Shown here piece by piece: positions 1 to 10,648 of a stretch of 64,000 bases of DNA. The notes below the pieces were generated by a model. The model saw nothing but the letters and a program-made list of their open reading frames with translations, did no database searches and was not told the origin of the DNA. The stretch comes from Candidatus Bathyarchaeota archaeon (lineage in GTDB: Archaea > Thermoproteota > Bathyarchaeia > 40CM-2-53-6): the NCBI GenBank assembly GCA_963706285.1, contig CAVPLU010000012.1:96001-160000 (forward strand). Direction: 5' to 3'. The first letter of the stretch is position 1. The number at the start of each line of letters is the position of its first letter. Both the position numbers and the translations under genes were made by a program.

Positions 1-842
1 CTTCGCTTCTTCGACGATCTTTTCACCATCGACCAACTCGCCATTGATGCAGCCACTCTGACATTCTCGAGAAACCAGTTCGTTGATCTTTGCTCTTGAG
101 TTCGTGTTCTCGCTCTCTTGTCTTTTCGATCCAGCTGTCCGGTTGGAATCGAATGTTCTTTGAGCTTGAACCTCTGCGACTTTCAGGTCTAGGGCTTGAC
201 TCAGAACGCTCAATTACTGCGCCTTCGCCCTTGCGAGCCGCAAGCACATCTGCCACCTGATCAGTTATCGCTCTCCTGATGGTTTCAGTCACGTTCTCTT
301 TCTCGTGGAATTGTCTGAGCGATTCGATCTTGCTGAAGTCTCTGGTGGGTTCAGAGCCGTCGAAGATTCTGAACAGTTATCTCCTCAAGCCTGTGTCTGC
401 CCTCTGGAGAGTTGACGTCAGCGATCTTCATCATTTCTCTGACACTCGCACCTAACTCGTGTCTGCAAACCTGTGATCTTCTCTGCGGCTTCCAGTCTCA
501 CGTGATAGCGCTCACGTCCTGCTCTAGAGCTCGTATACTCGATTTTCGATTTCACGAATCTGTTCTCGGAAAGCGACTCAGCTGACCTGAATGGGTTCGA
601 TCGTTACCGGCAACTGGTGGCAGAGCGCTGTGAGATTTGCAATCTTTGAACTAATCGTAACGAGTCGATAGAGTCTTTCGGATGTCGGGCAGGGAGAAAC
701 TGCACCCTCGTAGCCTTTGAGCATGTCTTTTACATCAAGCAATTCGATGAGCTCTGGCGTCACGAAGGTATCTCATGACGGAGTCGAAGTGGTCTTTGTG
801 AACAATGATCTCAATGCGCTTCATTCTTGCGGGGAATAGCAT
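1..842 (-). CDS. atpI: A/V-type ATP synthase subunit I, N-terminal part (heavily frameshifted, runs off the window start)
   Basis: Manual translation from ATG 842 gives MLFPARMKRIEIIVHKDHFDSVMRYLRDA, which joins ELIELLDVKD (ORF 578..763) after a frameshift. This resembles the MLxPxxMxxxxI...V...L...I N-terminus of archaeal subunit I. Confidence 0.7.
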
Positions 843-1047
843 GTTGGACACCTCTTGGCGAGAACTACCTCACGGGGTCCGTCGATCCTCTTAAGACTTA
901 ACCTTTTGAGTGCTCTGTGAAATCATCGTTCCGTAATGATTCCGATGGGCCGTCACTGCCCGTACTCGTGACTGGATCGTTGGTCATTTGAGGAGATGAG
1001 TTTTATTGCATCGAGTGAGTATTTCTACTCTTGAGGTCAACGTCGTC

Positions 1048-1225
1048 ATGCCAAAATGCGACAAATGCGGCGACGAATTCAGGGACCTTCAAGAATGCGA
1101 TTTCTGTGACAAGTATTTCTGTTCAGCAGCATTACGCGGATCATATGGCATGGGAACAAAGACACTCCGGATTAGCATCAGAAGAGGGCCGGTTCTGGAG
1201 AAAGAGGACATCACAGCCCGATTAG
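1048..1225 (+). CDS. Small AN1-like zinc-finger protein (one frameshift)
   Basis: MPKCDKCGDEFRDLQECDFCDKYFC plus QQHYADHMAWEQRH... from the next frame gives CxxC-x9-CxxC-x4-C-xx-H-xxx-H. Confidence 0.6.
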
Positions 1226-1248
1226 ATCCGAGCATCCGTCTAGGTGCG

Positions 1249-2710
1249 CTACCCGAGGCCTAGGCTGGCTAGGCTCCGAACCGTCGCATCGATGATTGCT
1301 CAAAAGAGGAGCAGGATAGATTCCGAGCAAGAGTAAGCGGAACGAGAAAAGCAGCAAGCGCCAAGAGCTCGAATCTAGGCGCTTCATTCCTTGTCAGAGG
1401 ACGGGCGGGTGCACTCATCAGAACTCTGCGAAGCATCCACACAAAGTAGCCAGCGGTTATGGCTGGAATGAGCACTACGAATGCTAGGAGGAGATTCACT
1501 TTGATCGCGGAGAGGATCACCATGTATTCGCTGATGAAACTTGCAAAGCTTGGAAATCCCATCGCGCCAAGAGATGCCAGTACTAGTAGAAGAGCAGTGA
1601 ATGGCATCACTTTTCCTAGGCCAGAAAGTTCTCGGATCGTCCTGGTCCCCATCTGATGGTGTATCACACCTGACATCAGAAAGAGCATTCCAATGGCACA
1701 GGCGTGATTGAACATCTGGAAGACCGCTCCAGAGAGCCCCATTGCCGTGAAGGTGAAGGCGCCTAGCAGAACGTATCCCATGTGGTTTATGCTCGTCAGC
1801 GCAATCATACGCTTCAGGTCCTGCTGAACCATTGCCACAATAGCACCATACGCCATCGTCAAAATCGCAAGGCCGATCAGTGCTGGTGAGAGAACGCGTG
1901 ATGCTTCAGGGAACAAGCTCAACAAGATGCGAATGAAACCGTATCCTCCCATCTTCAGCAGCAGACCGGCAAGCAGGACGCTGATCGGTGACGGTGCTTC
2001 AACGTGAGCATCCGGAAGCCACGTGTGGAATGGAACGACAGGAAGTTTGACGGCGAAACCGAAGAACACAGCGACAGCCATGGGTATCTGCAGCATCAAA
2101 GGCACTTTCATGTTCGACAGAGTCACAAGATCGAACGTGTGAGGTTGAGAGAAGACGTAGAGAGCGATGAACCCTAGAAGCATCACGGTGCTGCCAACGT
2201 GTGTGAAGATCAGGAACTTCATCGCGGCGTACTTTCTCCTCGGTCCTCCCCAGACTCCTATGAAGAAGAACATGGGAATGAGAACTAGCTCCCAGAATGA
2301 CGTAGAAGAGAATCAGATTGAGCGAGGTGAAGACTCCAATTATCGATCCTTCGAACAGTAGAAGAAGCGCATAGTACGGGCCTATGGCGAACTTGATCTC
2401 TCGCCATGAACCCACTGTAGAGAGCGTCGTCAACAGCGTTGAGATTATCAGCAGGGGCAGGCTTATTCCGTCGATTCCGAGCACAAATGTCAGGCCGAAT
2501 GATTGCGCCCAAGGAAAAGTCTCGACCATCTGAAATCCTGTGCGTTCTAGTCTGGAAGGTGGCAAATGCCCACAGAGCAAGAACGAGCGTAGTGACTGAT
2601 ATCAGCAGAGCAAGTGCCTTGGCGGCTTTCTCGTTGATGCGTGAGACCAGAAATACCAAGAGGGCTCCAGCTATCGGAAGCAGCACCATTGTCGAGAGTA
2701 TGCCGACCAT
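1249..2710 (-). CDS. nuoM: Complex I-like antiporter subunit NuoM (second copy; frameshifted)
   Basis: ORFs 2285..2710, 1999..2580 and 1269..2273 join. Motifs GIDGISLPL, VKLPVVPFHTWLPDAHVEAPSPISVLLAGLLLKMGGYG, DLKRMIALTSINHMG. Confidence 0.9.
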
Positions 2711-2716
2711 TTGAGA

Positions 2717-4820
2717 TCACTTTCCCAAGAAGACTAGCGCGATTACAATTAGGAAGACTCCGAACGCAAAGAGCAGCAAGTATTGCTGAACCATTCCGGT
2801 TTGAAGCCTTGAGATAGCACGGGAGAAGCGTTTACCGGTCGCGGCTATGCCGTTCACTGCCCCGTCCACGACCCGGACGATCGAACCTGTCGCCGCCGCT
2901 TGATATGCCGACTGACAGTCCGGAGACTCCGCCGCTGATGCGGTCAAAGAATCTGGATTCGACCCACTTACCGAGAGAGTGGCTCAAGGCGATTGTTCCG
3001 TTCACGAAAACGACATAGTAGGCCGGATTCACGTAGAGTCTGTTCCACAGGAAGTTGTATCCGGATCTTAGCAGAGGGTTCTCGAGCATCTTTGATGCGT
3101 CGATCTTCCTTGAGATGTAAAGCCCGTATCCGATTGCTCCACCCACAGCGAGGACTAGGACTGTGGTAAGAGTAGCTGCCAATTCTGGAGAAAGATATTG
3201 AAGAAGGCTCTCATTGGGGATTCTCTCGGGCACATTGCCAACAAGGGTCAGGCCTCTGCTCAGAAATCCGGTGAGAGCTTCTTCAAATAGAGGCCCGGCG
3301 AGGCCAATGATGATTGATGAAGCAGCGAGTAGGAGGTACGGGATATACATGATGGGGCGAGCCTCGTGGATGACTACTCCTTCGTGTTCCAGCTCTTTGA
3401 TGTGTGCACTTTTCGGTCCAAGAAACACCCATCCAATGATCTTGAGGCTGTAGACGAATGTGAGTGTTGCTGTGATCGCGGCGAGCACGTAGAGCCAGAG
3501 CTGTCCAGACTCCCATGTGACCGCTAGGATGGCGTCCTTGCTCCAGAATCCACTGAATGGAGGGACCCCCGACAAGGCCAGAACGCAAACCAGCATTGTC
3601 ACAAAGGTGAGTTTCATGTTTGATCTGATGCCTCCCATCTCGTTCATGAATCGAGTTTCACAGGAGTGTATGACAGCCCCGGCAGCCATGAAAGCCGCGG
3701 CTTTGAAGATCGCGTGGTTCATCAGGTGAAACAAGCCCGCGGTGTAACCGGCGGCAAATTGCATGCCCATCCCGCCGACGCCGATCGCGAGCATCATGTA
3801 TCCTATCTGAGAAGCAGTCGAGTATGCCAACGTCTTCTTCAGCTCTTTTGCAACAATCGCTTGAGCGGCTGCAGCGAGAGCTGAGATCGCTCCGATCCAT
3901 CCAACAATCTCGAAGAATGTGAAAGGCTGACCGTACGCAATGATGGCAGCGAAGAAGATAGGTCCGGCGCGTGCTACCAAGTAGACTCCTGCCTTCACCA
4001 TTGTGGCAGCATGGATCAAAGCGGAAACTGGTGTGGGGCCAGCCATTGCATCAGGTAGCCATTCGTGCAATGGAAGCTGAGCTGACTTGCCGATTGGGCC
4101 CCAAAGCATGAGAAGCGCCGTCGGCAGAAGGAAACCTGTTTTCGCCAAATCGCCTGCCCAGCTAGTGTTTCGGGACAGTTCAGCAAGATTTAGCGTTCCC
4201 GCAGCCGAGTAAATGATGAAGATTGCAACGAGCAGACCGATGTCCCCGATTCTTGTCATTATGAATGCTTTCAGTCCCGAATGACTTGGAGGGTAGGTCA
4301 TCGGTATTCCCCAAGTTCTGTGCCCCTCGGAACCTACCCACTTGTCAGGCTCGTCAGTGTACCAGTAGCCTATCAACCCGTAGGAACATAACCCGACGCC
4401 CTCCCACCCAAACATAAGTTGCAGCAAATTGTCTGAGAGAACCAGCAATAGCATGTTTCCGATGAAGTAGTTGATGAAGAACCAGTATCTTGTGAGAGTC
4501 TTCTCTCCCTGCATGTAACCGATGCTATACACGACAATTAGGAAACTGACCCATGCGACTACATTTGACATCAAGACACTTAGTGGATCGACAAGCATGC
4601 CTGCTTTGATTCCGAGAGAGGGGATCCACTGGACCTGCAGGTCATATGTCTGACCGTCCAGAACGTCCGGAATCATCATCGACGCCAAGATCGCGGCGAG
4701 TAAGGGAAAAACGGCAGCGACTATGTTTCCTCCCTTGCGATTAATTCGGGAGACCGGCACGACTACGAGTGCGCCAACCATCGGGAGAATCCAAACGAGC
4801 CAAGGGACTATCGTGTTCAT
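2717..4820 (-). CDS. nuoL: Complex I-like subunit NuoL (frameshift near 2880)
   Basis: GWEGVGLCSYGLIG, GKSAQLPLHEWLPDAMAGPTPVSALIHAATMVKAGVYL. The C-terminal RLQTGMVQQY lies in ORF 2717..2947. Confidence 0.93.
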
Positions 4821-4830
4821 TGTTCAACCC

Positions 4831-6318
4831 TCATTTGATCATGGTTGAAATTTGCGTGAGTATTCCGCTGATCACGGTATCAGGCAAGATTCCCAAGATA
4901 ATCGCCACTGCAGCTAGTATGATCAGTGGAACGGTCATCGTGAAGGGAGCTTCTACTACTTCCGTCAGTTCTGCAGGCAAGCGCCCGAAGAAGATGCGTT
5001 TCATTGTCCACAGAGTATATCCGGCCGTGAGCGCTGTCGAGATGACTGCGCCGATCGCAACAATCAGCTTCTGTAGCGTGAGAGGATGCATCGCGGAATT
5101 GATGGATCCGAAGAAGATCAAGAATTCTGATATGAAACCGCTGGTAGGCGGAACGCCCACTATCGTTAGGAACCCGATTAGGGCAGCTGTGGCGGTAATC
5201 GGCATCTTTCTTGCGAGTCCTCCTAGCTTGGATATGCTTCTAGTTCCATGCGCTTGCACTATGATTATTCCAGCAACCATGAACAAGATGCCCTTGCCCA
5301 TTCCGTGGCTCAGATAATGAAACATCGAGCCAGAAACACCATCAATTTGGACTGAAGCGATCCCAAGTAGAATGTATCCCATCTGACTTACGCTGGAGTA
5401 TGCCATCAGACGCTTTATGTCGTCTTGAACGAGCGCCATCAGTCCGCCGTACACCATCGTGATCAACGCCCAGATGCTAAGCTGAAATGAGATCGCGCCG
5501 ATCAATTCGGGAGAGATTGTCATGAGAATTCTCACGATGGCATATCCTCCGATTCCGATCATTGCAGGGGAAAGCAGAGCACTGATTGGAGTAGGAGCCT
5601 CCGCGTGAGTGGAAGGAAGCCAGACGTGAACACCGAAGGTCGCCATCTTCACGAGGAGTCCCGTGAGGATCATGAGTGTAATCCAGAACCCGTAGGGTTT
5701 CGGAATGACGGCAGATGCCAGTGACGATAGGTCGAATGTTCCTGCGACGCCCCATAGTGTCAGGATCCCTGCCAGAAGTGTAAGTGCTCCGACATGTGTC
5801 CACATGAAATACATGAATGAGATCTTGTCTCTGTCGCCGTATCCCCATCGAGCAATCATGAAATACGAAGGAATCAACATCAACTCGAAGAATAGATAGA
5901 ACTCGATCAGGTTGGTGGCAAGTACAGCTCCGATCATTCCAGCCGCGTAGAGTAGATACAACGCGAAGTAGAGACCGTACTCCTTAGATTCTTCACCCAC
6001 CCTGTTAGATTCTTCACCCAGCCTGTGCCTCATGTACGGCATTGAATAAACTGAGATGACAAAGCAAAGCAGGCTGACTGTAAAGACGATGGGTACGCTT
6101 AGTCCGTCAGCCCTGAAACCGAAGTACCCGATTGGTTCCCATTGGAATTTCTCCATAACATTTCCTTGCAGAGCCGAGAAGATGACAGTCAGTGTGGAAA
6201 GACCAAGGGGAACCGAGGTGATCCATCCCACCCGTGATCCGAGTCGGTTCGAGAGGAACCAAACCACAGGGACAAATGCAAGCGGCAGGGCAACGCTCAG
6301 GAAAAGCAGTGAAGACAT
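4831..6318 (-). CDS. nuoM: Complex I-like antiporter subunit NuoM (first copy)
   Basis: FYLFFELMLIP, KMATFGVHVWLPSTHAEAPTPISALL, DIKRLMAYSSVSQMG; intact, 495 aa. Confidence 0.9.
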   Translation of the reverse strand: MSSLLFLSVALPLAFVPVVWFLSNRLGSRVGWITSVPLGLSTLTVIFSALQGNVMEKFQWEPIGYFGFRADGLSVPIVFTVSLLCFVISVYSMPYMRHRLGEESNRVGEESKEYGLYFALYLLYAAGMIGAVLATNLIEFYLFFELMLIPSYFMIARWGYGDRDKISFMYFMWTHVGALTLLAGILTLWGVAGTFDLSSLASAVIPKPYGFWITLMILTGLLVKMATFGVHVWLPSTHAEAPTPISALLSPAMIGIGGYAIVRILMTISPELIGAISFQLSIWALITMVYGGLMALVQDDIKRLMAYSSVSQMGYILLGIASVQIDGVSGSMFHYLSHGMGKGILFMVAGIIIVQAHGTRSISKLGGLARKMPITATAALIGFLTIVGVPPTSGFISEFLIFFGSINSAMHPLTLQKLIVAIGAVISTALTAGYTLWTMKRIFFGRLPAELTEVVEAPFTMTVPLIILAAVAIILGILPDTVISGILTQISTMIK

Positions 6319-6321
6319 AGA

Positions 6322-6630
6322 CTATCCTCTAAGACGATTGAGTTTCCGAAGGTCTATTGTTCCGTTGAGTCTAAACGCCACAAGTATCAAGGCCAACCCT
6401 ACGGTGGCCTCCATTGCGGCTGCTGCGATCGAGAAGAAGACAATGTTCCAACCTGTCAGAATCGGCGGATTAGAGTATCGTGCAAATGCCACGAGGTTGA
6501 TGTTTGCAGCATTAACAATGAGTTCCACAGAAAAGAGTAGGCGGATAGCATTCCTCTTCGAGACCAGACCGTAGATGCCGATTCCAAGTAGTGCAGATGA
6601 TAGAATGATGTAGCTACTGAGTGGTTCCAT
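6322..6630 (-). CDS. nuoK: Complex I-like subunit NuoK
   Basis: LLGIGIYGLVSKRNAIRLLFSVELIVNAANINLV...AAMEATVGLAL. Confidence 0.93.
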   Translation of the reverse strand: MEPLSSYIILSSALLGIGIYGLVSKRNAIRLLFSVELIVNAANINLVAFARYSNPPILTGWNIVFFSIAAAAMEATVGLALILVAFRLNGTIDLRKLNRLRG

Positions 6631-7138
6631 TAGATTTCTCCTCCCGCTCAACTTTTACAAGTGTTAGGCCGCCAACAACAGTGGCTCCGATGAGGAGCCC
6701 GAGGATCACAAGAGGAACAGCATAGGATGATGCCAATAAGCGACCGAGTTCCCGCAATGTGACTTGATAGAGTGCTGGCGCTTCCACAGAGCCAGGCATG
6801 AGCATGATGACGGCGCCTGCCATTGCAAGCGCGACCAGGCCAGCAACGAGCGCTCCTCCACGACCGAGACGACTCGGTTCTTCTTGCTCCACGATCTTCC
6901 CAGACTCTCTTCTGACCAGCATGATCGTAAAGAGAATCAAAACTACGACTGCACCTACGTATACGGATATTTGGAACATCGCCACATAGTCAGCGCCAAG
7001 AAGTATGAATAGCCCAGCCACTCCGATCAGCGAGAACGCGAGGCCGACCGCACCATAGATCAGTTCTTTGACTTCTAATGCGAAGATGGCCGACACGATG
7101 ATAAGACCGCTGATGGCAAGGAACGCAATGTCGACCAT
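6614..7138 (-). CDS. nuoJ: Complex I-like subunit NuoJ
   Basis: AGLFILLGADYVAMFQISVYVGAVVVLILFTIML. Confidence 0.92.
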   Translation of the reverse strand: MVDIAFLAISGLIIVSAIFALEVKELIYGAVGLAFSLIGVAGLFILLGADYVAMFQISVYVGAVVVLILFTIMLVRRESGKIVEQEEPSRLGRGGALVAGLVALAMAGAVIMLMPGSVEAPALYQVTLRELGRLLASSYAVPLVILGLLIGATVVGGLTLVKVEREEKSNGTTQ

Positions 7139-7139
7139 T

Positions 7140-8135
7140 TTAGATCCCCCAAACCCAACCTAGCCCACTGATGATCAGGGCAATGGTAACAAAGATATTC
7201 GCTAATGCTAGGAGGAGCAATCTAGTCCAGCCCGCCTTGAGCAAGATGTCCACTCTAACTCGTGGAAAGGTTCCTCGGATTATAATTATGACACTGGCCA
7301 CGATGAATGTCTTCAGAACAACCCAGACGGGTTGAGGTACAAAACCGAAGCCAGACCATCCTCCAAGAAATAGCGTCGTGATCAATGCGGACATTATGTA
7401 TAGTTTAGTGTACATTGCCAAGAACCCTAACATGAAAGCGGGGCCAGTGAGCTCAGTCATCCACCCCATAACCAGTTCACTTTCAGCTTCAGGCAAGTCG
7501 AACGGAGTCCTTTCAAGCTCAGCCAGCGCGGCTGTGAAGAACACTACAAAACCTAGTATTTGCGGTATCACGAACCATAGTCTCTGTTGAGCCTCCACGA
7601 TCTTTGTGAGATTCAGTGTGCCTGTCATCATGACTATGCCCAGAACTGAAAGCCACATCGGCACCTCGTAGGCAACCTGTTGGAACAAAGACCGCAACCC
7701 GCCGAGAAACGGATATTTGCTGTTGCTTCCCCAACCGATCAGAAGAATGACACTTGGGAATAGCGACATAACAGCAAACACGTAGACAAGACCTACGTCC
7801 ATATTTGCAATAACAAGCCCTTCACCGAATGGAATAGCTACTGCAGGAGCAAATGCGAGGAGCATCAAACCCAACGCGCAGAGCATTAGTAGTTTCATGT
7901 CAGCGAACTCTGGAAAAATCATCTGTTTGAACATCAATTTGGCGCCGTCGGCTATTGGCTGGAGTATACCTGAGAGACCTGCATACAAAGGTCCTATTCT
8001 AAGCTGGACGCGTGCAAGCACCTTTCTTTCCAGCCAAGTAAGAAAAGCAGCACTCAACATTACGTTGAGGAAACCGGGGAAGAAGACCAATTCGAGAAAC
8101 GTGCGTGAAGTGATTATCCTCACAGCAAGGTTCAC
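7140..8135 (-). CDS. nuoH: Complex I-like subunit NuoH
   Basis: WLERKVLARVQLRIGP, LQPIADGAKL, AELERTPFDLPEAESELV. Confidence 0.95.
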   Translation of the reverse strand: MNLAVRIITSRTFLELVFFPGFLNVMLSAAFLTWLERKVLARVQLRIGPLYAGLSGILQPIADGAKLMFKQMIFPEFADMKLLMLCALGLMLLAFAPAVAIPFGEGLVIANMDVGLVYVFAVMSLFPSVILLIGWGSNSKYPFLGGLRSLFQQVAYEVPMWLSVLGIVMMTGTLNLTKIVEAQQRLWFVIPQILGFVVFFTAALAELERTPFDLPEAESELVMGWMTELTGPAFMLGFLAMYTKLYIMSALITTLFLGGWSGFGFVPQPVWVVLKTFIVASVIIIIRGTFPRVRVDILLKAGWTRLLLLALANIFVTIALIISGLGWVWGI

Positions 8136-8168
8136 GATCTCTTGAGGAGCCGGAAGTAGCCAACTATG

Positions 8169-8531
8169 TCACCAGAACTCTCGTTTCCCTGATAAGTACA
8201 AAGCGTAGGCCAGTGGTGCGATGAGGACAGCAACGAAAATCATAAACAGGTAGTTTTGAGTCAAGGATACTGTGGAGAAGGCGAGCCCCCAGGTGAAGAG
8301 AAACATCGCCACGACATCGAAGGCGATGAACATGATCAGATACGGATAGTATTGCATCATGTAACGTTGTCTTGCTTCGCCCAAGCGAGTCTGACCAGAT
8401 TCGAAAGGTGCATCTCTGATTGGGTCTCTTCCCTTTTCACCCATCAGCCAGCCAAAAAGCAGGAGCGGAAACGCGACTAGGAAGACTAGTATTTCGAATA
8501 TTGCCACAAGACTCCAGACATCAAGCACCAT
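8169..8531 (-). CDS. nuoA: Complex I-like subunit NuoA
   Basis: PFESGQ...QYYPYLIMFIAFDVVAMFLFTW; three predicted TM segments. Confidence 0.9.
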   Translation of the reverse strand: MVLDVWSLVAIFEILVFLVAFPLLLFGWLMGEKGRDPIRDAPFESGQTRLGEARQRYMMQYYPYLIMFIAFDVVAMFLFTWGLAFSTVSLTQNYLFMIFVAVLIAPLAYALYLSGKREFW

Positions 8532-8669
8532 TCAATTCTTCCTCTGCAAAGCTGTGGGCAGATCTTGCAGTGACTAAGCGGTACGAATATAAAGCGTACT
8601 GCTCAATTCACAAACTCGAAATACGAGCTGGGATCTGATAGTCTTCCCCCTAGAACAAGATGAAGTCAC

Positions 8670-8822
8670 ATGACTTGGAAATCGCCTGGAATGACGCACA
8701 TGTGGTGCCCCAAGTGCAAGCAACAATATGGCACCGACGTAGAAGTGATTTTGAAGGATAACAAGATCGTCTACAAGTGGAAATGCAAAACCTGTGGAAG
8801 CGAGAACTACTCCGAAGACTAG
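8670..8822 (+). CDS. 50-aa zinc-ribbon microprotein (not in the ORF track)
   Basis: Manual translation MTWKSPGMTHMWCPKCKQQYGTDVEVILKDNKIVYKWKCKTCGSENYSED. Two CxxC knuckles; fills the gap between nuoA and the prenyl synthase. Confidence 0.7.
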   Translation: MTWKSPGMTHMWCPKCKQQYGTDVEVILKDNKIVYKWKCKTCGSENYSED

Positions 8823-8827
8823 GCTCA

Positions 8828-9754
8828 CTAGATCTCTCGCTCGAGTGAAAAATTCGCGAGCTCTTCTAGAGCCGCCTTTCCTTCACCCTCTTTCAGGATA
8901 GTAATCTCAGATTTTGCCTTCTGGACATGTTCCTTTGACGCACGGGTTGCGAAAGCAATGGCCTTTTGCCTTAATGCCTCAGTTGCGTCATCCCTGTTCT
9001 TGTTCTCGTTCCGATCTAGCATCTCTGACACAGGGTTACGGAGTGCGGTCTCTCCTAAGTAGTGGGCAAGTACCAGGTTGGCTCGTTCGCGCTTTGACGA
9101 GTTGACGTTGCCAGTGAGGTCCAGTATGTCGTCTCGGATCTGGAACGCAACGCCCACAGCTCTTCCGTAGTTATACAAGGCGCTGATCTCTTCGCGAGAT
9201 CCGCCGCCAACAATGCCGCCTATCCCCGCAGATGCACCAAAAAGCGATCCCGTCTTCAAGTCTGCGATGTTGAGGTAGTGCTCGACATCTATGGCGAGCT
9301 CTGACACTACGTCGAGTATCTCGCCTTTGCTGAGCTCAACGAGGGCCCATCCGATCATCTTCATAATCTTCGGATCCTTGTAGTCCGATAGAACGTGGAC
9401 TCCTTCTGACGCCAGAAACAATCCCGCGCTGATCGCTTTGTCGTCGTTGAAAGCGACGTTTAGGGTGGGTGTGCTCCTTCGCATTCTATCCTTGTCGATT
9501 AGATCATCGAAGATCAACGATGCGGCGTGTACAAATTCGACGGCCACGGCCGCATTCAGCGCAGATTTTTCTTCACCTTTTACAGCCTGTGTGGCAAGCA
9601 GAACCATTATTGGTCTCAGGCGTTTGCCTCCGGTCCTGAACGTATACCTCACGAGTTCACTTGCCTCGCTCTGCTCGAACCCGGACGAGAGGATCTCGTC
9701 TATGCGTTCGTTCACGATCTTACGTTTCTCTTCTATGAGGTGCTGAAACTCCAT
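8828..9754 (-). CDS. Polyprenyl diphosphate synthase
   Basis: GGKRLRP, FARM HAASLIFDDLID..RR, KTGSLF, SARM FQIRDDILD. Confidence 0.92.
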   Translation of the reverse strand: MEFQHLIEEKRKIVNERIDEILSSGFEQSEASELVRYTFRTGGKRLRPIMVLLATQAVKGEEKSALNAAVAVEFVHAASLIFDDLIDKDRMRRSTPTLNVAFNDDKAISAGLFLASEGVHVLSDYKDPKIMKMIGWALVELSKGEILDVVSELAIDVEHYLNIADLKTGSLFGASAGIGGIVGGGSREEISALYNYGRAVGVAFQIRDDILDLTGNVNSSKRERANLVLAHYLGETALRNPVSEMLDRNENKNRDDATEALRQKAIAFATRASKEHVQKAKSEITILKEGEGKAALEELANFSLEREI

Positions 9755-9837
9755 TCAGTCCACATCTGGGAGATCCCACATTTCGATATCAGTCCTAGAT
9801 AAGCAGACAAGTAGCTCACAACTTGGCCAGATTAGCC

Positions 9838-10527
9838 TCATTTTTGGCAGGCCCCGGCCAGGTCTTCGATCGCGGCCAACTGATCCTTTGCCTTGACGAT
9901 CCCGCTGGCCACAAGAACTCCTTGAGTGCCGAGCCTAAGGGCTTCCCTAACATCCTCTCCGGAAGTGATTCCTGCCCCGCAGAGGATGGTGACCTCAGAG
10001 TTGATTCGCCTGATTCTTGCCACGGTGTCGGTGATTACTTCGGGCTTCGCTTTGGAGACGGCTACCCCGCTGCCGATAAGTTCGGGCGGTTCCACAGCTA
10101 TCATATCGGGACCGAGCGATGCAATCGCCGCGGCAATGGGCGCTGAATTCGCACAAACCACGGTCGCAAGCCCAAGATCTCTGGCTCTTGTGATAGTGTC
10201 CTCGATTATGTTAGCTTCAAGCCTTCGCTCAGAATGATTGACGAGGATTCCAGAGGCGCCGGCTTCAAGCACCGACTCAGCCAGCACATGACCAGTATGG
10301 GAGCCAGGTTGGATCGGATCCATGTGCTGAGCGAACACTGGAACCTTTGTCTGTTGCGAAACGAGTCTAAGATCGGTCGCCTGAGGAGCGACCGCCACCG
10401 TTACGTCGAATCTTTTGCTCGCTTGCTCCGCGTAATTTGCGAGTTGGACGGCTTTGTTTCCCGTTGCTTCGAGATAGCACTTGAAATTGACCAGAACAAG
10501 CGGAAGAGAGATCTTGCGGCCGGTCAT
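9838..10527 (-). CDS. tpiA: Triosephosphate isomerase (archaeal type)
   Basis: VNFKCY, NHSERR, AVEPPELIGSG, CGAGI, LVASG. Confidence 0.96.
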   Translation of the reverse strand: MTGRKISLPLVLVNFKCYLEATGNKAVQLANYAEQASKRFDVTVAVAPQATDLRLVSQQTKVPVFAQHMDPIQPGSHTGHVLAESVLEAGASGILVNHSERRLEANIIEDTITRARDLGLATVVCANSAPIAAAIASLGPDMIAVEPPELIGSGVAVSKAKPEVITDTVARIRRINSEVTILCGAGITSGEDVREALRLGTQGVLVASGIVKAKDQLAAIEDLAGACQK

Positions 10528-10648
10528 CAGATCCACCCTTGCACGAACACGCACAGCCATGCACAAACTTAAGCCTTCATAGAACGTCAGAACGGGATTT
10601 CAGAACTGTAATATATTCCAGGTCTGGGATAGCCTGACGCGAGGATCC

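Noticed and set aside
8574-8828. 84-aa minus-strand ORF between the prenyl synthase and nuoA
   Set aside because: The plus-strand CxxC microprotein at 8670-8822 explains the region better.
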